NCBI GenBank assembly: GCA_037917685.1
Contig: JAVCBU010000012.1
Location: 1-64,000, forward strand
DNA from: Thermoproteota archaeon
Lineage (GTDB): Archaea > Korarchaeota > Korarchaeia > Korarchaeales > JAOZGB01
DNA: 64,000 bases
Direction: 5' to 3'
The translations under genes and the position numbers were made by a program. Positions within the stretch are counted from its first letter, which is position 1, and each line of letters opens with the position of its first letter. Below the pieces are notes generated by a model that was not told the origin of the DNA, did not search any database, and saw nothing but the letters and a program-made list of their open reading frames with translations. Positions 58,829 through 64,000 of the stretch are shown piece after piece.

Positions 58829-59371
58829 TTATCCCCCAAGGATTTCCTCTATAATTGATGTTATTTCACGTTCCACAGATTGGGAGTAGCCAGACTCCCT
58901 ATAACGAACCATTCCATCTTTATCTATCACGACAAATGTTGGAATAGCCCTAACATTGTAGAAGTCAGCCACGGCTCCTTCAGGGTCAAGTAAAACAGTC
59001 CACGCCATCTTATGCCTATTAGCAAATTCTAGCACCACGTCTGAGCTCTCGCCAAGGTTTATCGATAATATTACCAGCCCTCTATCAGAATATTCGCTAT
59101 ATAGTCTTGAAAGGAATGGTATTGCCTTTCTACAGGGTCCACACCACGTAGCCCAAAAGTCTAGAAGTACAACACTACCCTTAAGCTCAGACAATTTAAC
59201 AGTTTCTCCCCTGGTAGATTTAAGCTCGAAATCCGGCGCTTCAGATCCAACCATACCTTTAGGCTTAGCTTCAAAGCCCATTCTTTCCAGAATAAATGGA
59301 ACTACTGCTAGACTAGCTATGACTAACAGGAATATAAGGATTACAATGCCCCCTTTGGACATTACACCCAC
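58829..59371 (-). CDS. TlpA/ResA-like membrane-anchored thiol-disulfide oxidoreductase
   Basis: N-terminal TM, APDF.L, FWATWCGPC, IPT. Confidence 0.92.
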   Translation of the reverse strand: MGVMSKGGIVILIFLLVIASLAVVPFILERMGFEAKPKGMVGSEAPDFELKSTRGETVKLSELKGSVVLLDFWATWCGPCRKAIPFLSRLYSEYSDRGLVILSINLGESSDVVLEFANRHKMAWTVLLDPEGAVADFYNVRAIPTFVVIDKDGMVRYRESGYSQSVEREITSIIEEILGG

Positions 59372-59501
59372 CTATCTAGATATGGCTTATCTTAAATGAA
59401 TAGATACAATGTATCGAGGAGGCACACTGTAAATATAAATTATGATTTTGTCTGCTTGTAAGGCAATGTTTAAAGCATAAAGAAAGTAACATGTTGCTTA
59501 T

Positions 59502-61829
59502 ATGCCTTACACCGTGCGGGTGAAGGTGGGAGGGCTTGTTCAGGGGATCGGCTATAGACCCTTCGTACATAGAACAGCGTTAAAGTATGGGGTTCTAGGC
59601 TATGTGAGGAACATGGGAGACGTGGGGGTTGAAATCGTCGCCCAGGGAGACAAGAAAGACGTGGATAGATTTGTACATGCGCTCAAGGAGGAAAAGCCTT
59701 GGCTTTGTACCTATAGTTTCTTTAAGGTGGAAGTACTAGAGGAGTCTCCGGTATACAGCGGCTTTGAAATAATTAAGAGTAGTTTTAAGGGTTCAGGAAG
59801 AGGTGTAAGCTATATACCCCCCGACATTACTGTCTGTGACGAGTGTTTAAGGGAAATAGACGACCCATCCGACAGGCATTATCTCTATGCTTTCACCTGC
59901 TGCGCCCAGTGTGGCCCTAGGTTCACTGTGATAAGGGATGTTCCCTATGATAGAGAGCGGACATCCATGGACAAGTTTCCAATGTGTGATGACTGCCGAA
60001 GGGAATTCTATGATGTTAGAGATAGGAGATATAATGCTCAGACGATATGCTGCCCAAACTGTGGGCCACGCTTATGGCTTACAGATGGTGGTGAAACCTT
60101 AGCCTCTGATGTGGAGGCTTTAAGGCTGACTGCTAGGCTTCTCGATGAGGGTTTTATAGTTGCTATTAAGGGGATTGGAGGCTGCCACCTTGCATGTAAA
60201 ACAACAGACAACGATGCGGTCAATAGGCTGAGACAAAGGAGAAGGAAGCCTCAGAAGCCCTTTGCAGTTATGTCCCCAGACATAGAAGCTGTTCTAACCT
60301 ATGCTGACCCATCTGAACGTGAGATCCGCCTCTTGGAGAGTTTTAGAAGGCCTATTGTTGTCGTTAGGAAGAAGACGCCTTTCCCTCTCAGCCGGTATGT
60401 TTCACCGGGCCTTGACAGTATTGGTGTAATGCTGCCTTACTCTGGGATTCACCATCTTATTCTTAAATGGGGTGCCGAACCAGCCTACGTGATGACTTCA
60501 GGCAACATGCCGGGGCTGCCTATGGCTACATCCAATAGGGATATACTAAAAACACTCTCCGGCGTTGCAGACTATTTTCTCCTACATGATAGGGAAATTG
60601 TTAATAGGTGCGATGATAGTGTAGTTAAGATTGTCGGAGGAGAAACTGCATTTATCCGAAGGTCTAGAGGATATGTTCCGGAACCTATCACGTTGAACGA
60701 GTCTTTCAGGGACACGGAGGCTATTGCGGTTGGCCCGCTGGAAGCATCAACGTGTGCAGTCATGTCCTCTGGGAGAGCATATCTCTCTCAGCACATTGGA
60801 GATGTTGAAACTCTGCAAGGGCTAGAATTCCTGGAGTCCTCACTTAGACACCTTATGAAAATATTTAAGGTTCGAAAACCTTCGCTCGTAGCCTCCGACC
60901 TGCACCCAGGATTCCCTTCAACTGACCTGGCGCACAAGTTATCCGTGGAAATGGAGGCACCTCACGTAAAGGTTCAACATCACCATGCTCATATGGCGGC
61001 TCTCATGGCTGAGAATAAGCTGCCATTAGACAGTGTTATAGTGTGTATAACTGCTGATGGCTATGGATACGGCCCCAAAGGAGAAGCTTGGGGCGGTGAA
61101 ATCCTACTGGGAGGGTACAGCTGGTATATGAGGGCGGGCTCCCTAAAAGAGTACCCCCTCCCTGGCGGCGATACGGCGGCAAGAAGGTACGGCTGGATAG
61201 TGGCTGGCCTTCTCCACGGCGAAGTGGAGAGTGAAGCGCTGAGAAAACTCTTGATGAAAAGATGTATCAACGGTTTTAAACATGGACTAGTGGAAGTAGA
61301 CGTCGTACTTGGGATACTTGACTCTGGAAGTTATATGAGAACATCGAGCTGTGGTCGCTTCCTAGATGCCGCTGCGTGCATTTTAGGGGTCGCATGTAGC
61401 AGGACTTACAGGGGTGAAGGCGCTATAAAGCTTGAGGCTGCTGCCTCAAATGGAGACCCTGAGAGAGTTGAATTTAAACTGGACTACGTTAATGAGGGTG
61501 GAGTCCTAAAGCTTGATACAAGAAGCCTATTCATCCAGTTGTTAGATGCCTTGAAAGAAAACATTCCAAGGAGGCATATAGCTGCAGCGGTACATAAGGC
61601 TCTTGGCCAGGGCTTTGCCTACATAGCGTCCTTCGTAGCTGACGACAGGGGGATACCACTAGTAGGATTCTCGGGGGGAGTAGCATACAACAGGCTTATC
61701 GTAGGCCATGTTAAACGTGAGATGGAGAAGGACAAGCTTAAGATTCTACTCCACAGACATATACCCCCCGGGGACGGGGGAATATCTTTAGGCCAGCTTG
61801 TAGCCGCATGTACAAAACAAGCTATTTAG
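59502..61829 (+). CDS. hypF: Carbamoyltransferase HypF
   Basis: G.VQGIGYRPFV, Zn fingers, KGIGG.HL, RRSRGY.P, QHHHAH, DGGISLGQ. Confidence 0.97.
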   Translation: MPYTVRVKVGGLVQGIGYRPFVHRTALKYGVLGYVRNMGDVGVEIVAQGDKKDVDRFVHALKEEKPWLCTYSFFKVEVLEESPVYSGFEIIKSSFKGSGRGVSYIPPDITVCDECLREIDDPSDRHYLYAFTCCAQCGPRFTVIRDVPYDRERTSMDKFPMCDDCRREFYDVRDRRYNAQTICCPNCGPRLWLTDGGETLASDVEALRLTARLLDEGFIVAIKGIGGCHLACKTTDNDAVNRLRQRRRKPQKPFAVMSPDIEAVLTYADPSEREIRLLESFRRPIVVVRKKTPFPLSRYVSPGLDSIGVMLPYSGIHHLILKWGAEPAYVMTSGNMPGLPMATSNRDILKTLSGVADYFLLHDREIVNRCDDSVVKIVGGETAFIRRSRGYVPEPITLNESFRDTEAIAVGPLEASTCAVMSSGRAYLSQHIGDVETLQGLEFLESSLRHLMKIFKVRKPSLVASDLHPGFPSTDLAHKLSVEMEAPHVKVQHHHAHMAALMAENKLPLDSVIVCITADGYGYGPKGEAWGGEILLGGYSWYMRAGSLKEYPLPGGDTAARRYGWIVAGLLHGEVESEALRKLLMKRCINGFKHGLVEVDVVLGILDSGSYMRTSSCGRFLDAAACILGVACSRTYRGEGAIKLEAAASNGDPERVEFKLDYVNEGGVLKLDTRSLFIQLLDALKENIPRRHIAAAVHKALGQGFAYIASFVADDRGIPLVGFSGGVAYNRLIVGHVKREMEKDKLKILLHRHIPPGDGGISLGQLVAACTKQAI

Positions 61830-61932
61830 ATCCCATCATCCCAGAGGGATTAAAGGTTCTATTTACGCTGTAGATATAGCTATCACCCCTGCTGCATTAA
61901 AGGATTAACGTTTGAGGGATACTATTGGAGGC

Positions 61933-62238
61933 TTAGCTTTTTTCTTTCCCTTTCCCTTCCGTTTTCTCTAGGATTTCCTTAGCGATTTCCCTGATGTCTC
62001 TGCCTTCAGTTTCTATCCCCATTTTCTTTGCCGCCTCTATGAGTATTTCTTTCTCGTCTTTCTTTGAAGCCTTTACCTCTTCCTCCTCGAATATTCCCTG
62101 ACTGGCCTTTCTATACTCATATATGGCTTTTCCAATCCCTTTTGCAAGCTCAGGTAGCTTCTTCGGGCCGAACAATAGTAGTGCTATGGCTAGGATTGCG
62201 ATTACCTCGTAGGTTCCTATCATTTCTAATCTACCCAT
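61933..62238 (-). CDS. tatA: Twin-arginine translocase TatA/E
   Basis: IG..E...I....[16 protein letters not shown]...E..K. Confidence 0.93.
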   Translation of the reverse strand: MGRLEMIGTYEVIAILAIALLLFGPKKLPELAKGIGKAIYEYRKASQGIFEEEEVKASKKDEKEILIEAAKKMGIETEGRDIREIAKEILEKTEGKGKEKS

Positions 62239-62333
62239 TAAGACTTGGATGGTATATTTTAATGTTATCTCACATAACCATCAAGGATGGTATAAAGGTT
62301 TATGATTTTAACAGGTGTAGCAGATGTGGGGAG

Positions 62334-63242
62334 TTGACTAGGGTAATCTCATTCTGGGGTAAAGGTGGCGTGGGGAAAACAACGTGCTCATCTTCAGCAG
62401 CGGTGTGGCTGTCAAGTAGAGGTTTAAAAGTGTTGCTTGTTTCAAGCGACCAGGCTCCATCGCTCTCGGATATTTTGGGTGTTAATCTGTCAAGTGAGCC
62501 GAGGGCTGTTGGGGATCTTCCACTCTGGGCGGCCGAAATAGACGAAGACTCTGTTATTAGACTGTGGAAGGAAAGGTTCGGAGACGAGGTGTACGAAGTA
62601 GTATCTTCATTTATCCCGGTTGACCGTGAGATAATAGATTATATAGCTGGAGCCCCTGGGATAGGGTTCCAGTTTATGCTATGGTACATACTTTCTAGGA
62701 GGGATTCCGGAGAGTATGACTATATAATTTGGGATACTGCTCCAGCGGGAGGCTCGCTGAGCCTTCTAAAGATAGAACACCAGCTATATACCCATCTGGG
62801 GGATGCTGCTAGGCTTTACATGAAGGTTAAGTCAACCCTGGAGAGAATCAGAAGGAAGAGTAGAGACCCTCTCACGCTAATTAGCCATTGGAGAACGCTG
62901 GCCGAGGACGTGCTAAGGATGCTCAGCTCTGAAAATTTTAAATGCTACATAGTTGCAATCCCAGAATGGCTTGGCTACTCCCAAACAGTTAGAATAGTAG
63001 ATGAGCTTAGGAGGTTTAAAATAAGGATAGGAGGAATTATAGTAAACCAGGTCTTTGACCCTGACAAATGTTCTTGTAAGAGCTGGATCAGACGTGCTTC
63101 TATACATTCAAGGTACGTAGAGATGTTTAAAAAGAGATTTGGAAGTACGCTGCCTGTAAAAACAATTCCAGTACAGCCTGTAGAGATTAAAGGGTTGGAC
63201 ACACTCCTGGACTTTGCAGATAATATAAAGGATATTCTATGA
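62334..63242 (+). CDS. ArsA/GET3-family ATPase
   Basis: GKGGVGKTT, S.D.A.SLSD, DTAP.G..L.LL, IVNQV, CxC. Start moved to TTG 62334. Confidence 0.88.
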   Translation: MTRVISFWGKGGVGKTTCSSSAAVWLSSRGLKVLLVSSDQAPSLSDILGVNLSSEPRAVGDLPLWAAEIDEDSVIRLWKERFGDEVYEVVSSFIPVDREIIDYIAGAPGIGFQFMLWYILSRRDSGEYDYIIWDTAPAGGSLSLLKIEHQLYTHLGDAARLYMKVKSTLERIRRKSRDPLTLISHWRTLAEDVLRMLSSENFKCYIVAIPEWLGYSQTVRIVDELRRFKIRIGGIIVNQVFDPDKCSCKSWIRRASIHSRYVEMFKKRFGSTLPVKTIPVQPVEIKGLDTLLDFADNIKDIL

Positions 63243-63252
63243 AGAGACGATT

Positions 63253-64000
63253 CTACGAGATGATGAATCCTATGGTTATTAGGGTTGGAGTAAGCAAAAC
63301 TATTAGTACATTTAAGCCCATGTACTTGACGAGCTTGCTGACATCATTATAGGCTTTGCTTACACCTTTAATGGTTTTAAACGCTACGGGTATTGTTAAG
63401 AGGCCTAGTAGACAATGCTTGGGAATATACTCTAGGAACACTACGGATACAAGGTAGAGGTACTGAAACAGTATTATTATAGCGTAAATTATAGATGCCT
63501 TCCTAAGGCCAAATACTATTGGAATGTTTATTCTTCCAGCTTTCCTGTCAGGTTCTACGTCCGGAAACTCATTTAACAACAGCAGCGAGGATGTAAGAAG
63601 GCCGGGAATAAGCGATGCTACAATAACATGGGTGTCTATTTCTGACGTTTGGACGTAATAGCTTCCAATAATCATTAGAGGTCCGAAATTCAGCCCTGTT
63701 ACCAGTTCCCCAAAGCCAATGCGCGCTATCAACGGGGAGTAAAGCACTGTGGAGGCAGCGCCAATTAGCATTATTGGAATTATCAGAAAACCAGATATTA
63801 AGGCAAGATAGCTTCCAATGGCTATGGCACCGAGTAAACTGGAAACTCCTATTTTTAACGCTGTCTCCGGGCTTATAACACCTGATGGGATTAATCCACT
63901 TCCCCCGCTAAACGGTGTTCTCTGGGTTTCAATGTCTATCCCACTTTTAAAGTCGAAGTAATCGTTTAGGACATTTACGCTGATGTGGGCTAGTAATACA
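63253..64000 (-). CDS. UbiA/MenA-family prenyltransferase, 5' end beyond the window
   Basis: NDYFD.KSG.D...TPF.GGSG (manual reading near 63.9 kb); NEFPD.E.D..AGR. Confidence 0.88.
   Translation of the reverse strand, partial: VLLAHISVNVLNDYFDFKSGIDIETQRTPFSGGSGLIPSGVISPETALKIGVSSLLGAIAIGSYLALISGFLIIPIMLIGAASTVLYSPLIARIGFGELVTGLNFGPLMIIGSYYVQTSEIDTHVIVASLIPGLLTSSLLLLNEFPDVEPDRKAGRINIPIVFGLRKASIIYAIIILFQYLYLVSVVFLEYIPKHCLLGLLTIPVAFKTIKGVSKAYNDVSKLVKYMGLNVLIVLLTPTLITIGFIIS

Noticed and set aside
300-63202. Numerous antisense or overlapping ORFs in the track (e.g. 17278-17835, 43127-43681, 51242-51961, 30487-30858, 40485-40682)
   Set aside because: These are shadow frames of well-supported genes, pseudogenes or RNAs, with no motifs and atypical composition.
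1-64000. Genome-wide amber (TAG) reassignment
   Set aside because: rtcB (...GVVKG) and hypE (...LPRIC) end at their conserved C-termini with TAG, so TAG acts as a stop here.

Overview
This is a 64-kb archaeal chromosomal window (archaeal TATA boxes, AOR-MoaD-radical SAM cluster, archease-RtcB, archaeal ThrRS editing domain, box C/D sRNAs). It most resembles a thermophilic anaerobe of the TACK group, but the taxonomy is an inference. The metabolic content is largely ordinary: FGGY kinase, Fe-ADH/SCP2, ABC-2 exporter, tungsten-type AOR, AsnA/Lrp, class I FBPase, TldDE, SOR, and a Tat-exported group 1 [NiFe]-hydrogenase with hypCDEF. There are also about 9 broken or truncated genes. The most unusual locus is 40.4-46.3 kb. 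A motif-intact HisRS with an extra ~90-100 aa insertion is translationally coupled to a full three-domain but GTPase-degenerate EF-1alpha paralog and a BtpA protein. Upstream lie a free-standing ThrRS editing domain, a metallophosphoesterase, and a promoter-driven ~150-nt RNA with an 11-12 bp terminal helix ending in C-CCA/ACA. Non-coding signals absent from the ORF track include two tandem box C/D sRNAs (32.2-32.35 kb), a ~250-nt multi-hairpin element (23.1-23.36 kb), a 75-nt hairpin (29.35 kb) sharing a 3' motif with the 40.4-kb RNA, and palindromic operators at the AOR, RHH-Zn/YhhQ and Lrp/AsnA promoters. No canonical tRNA, rRNA, transposase or convincing CRISPR array was seen. All calls are from motif recognition by eye; no database searches were run.
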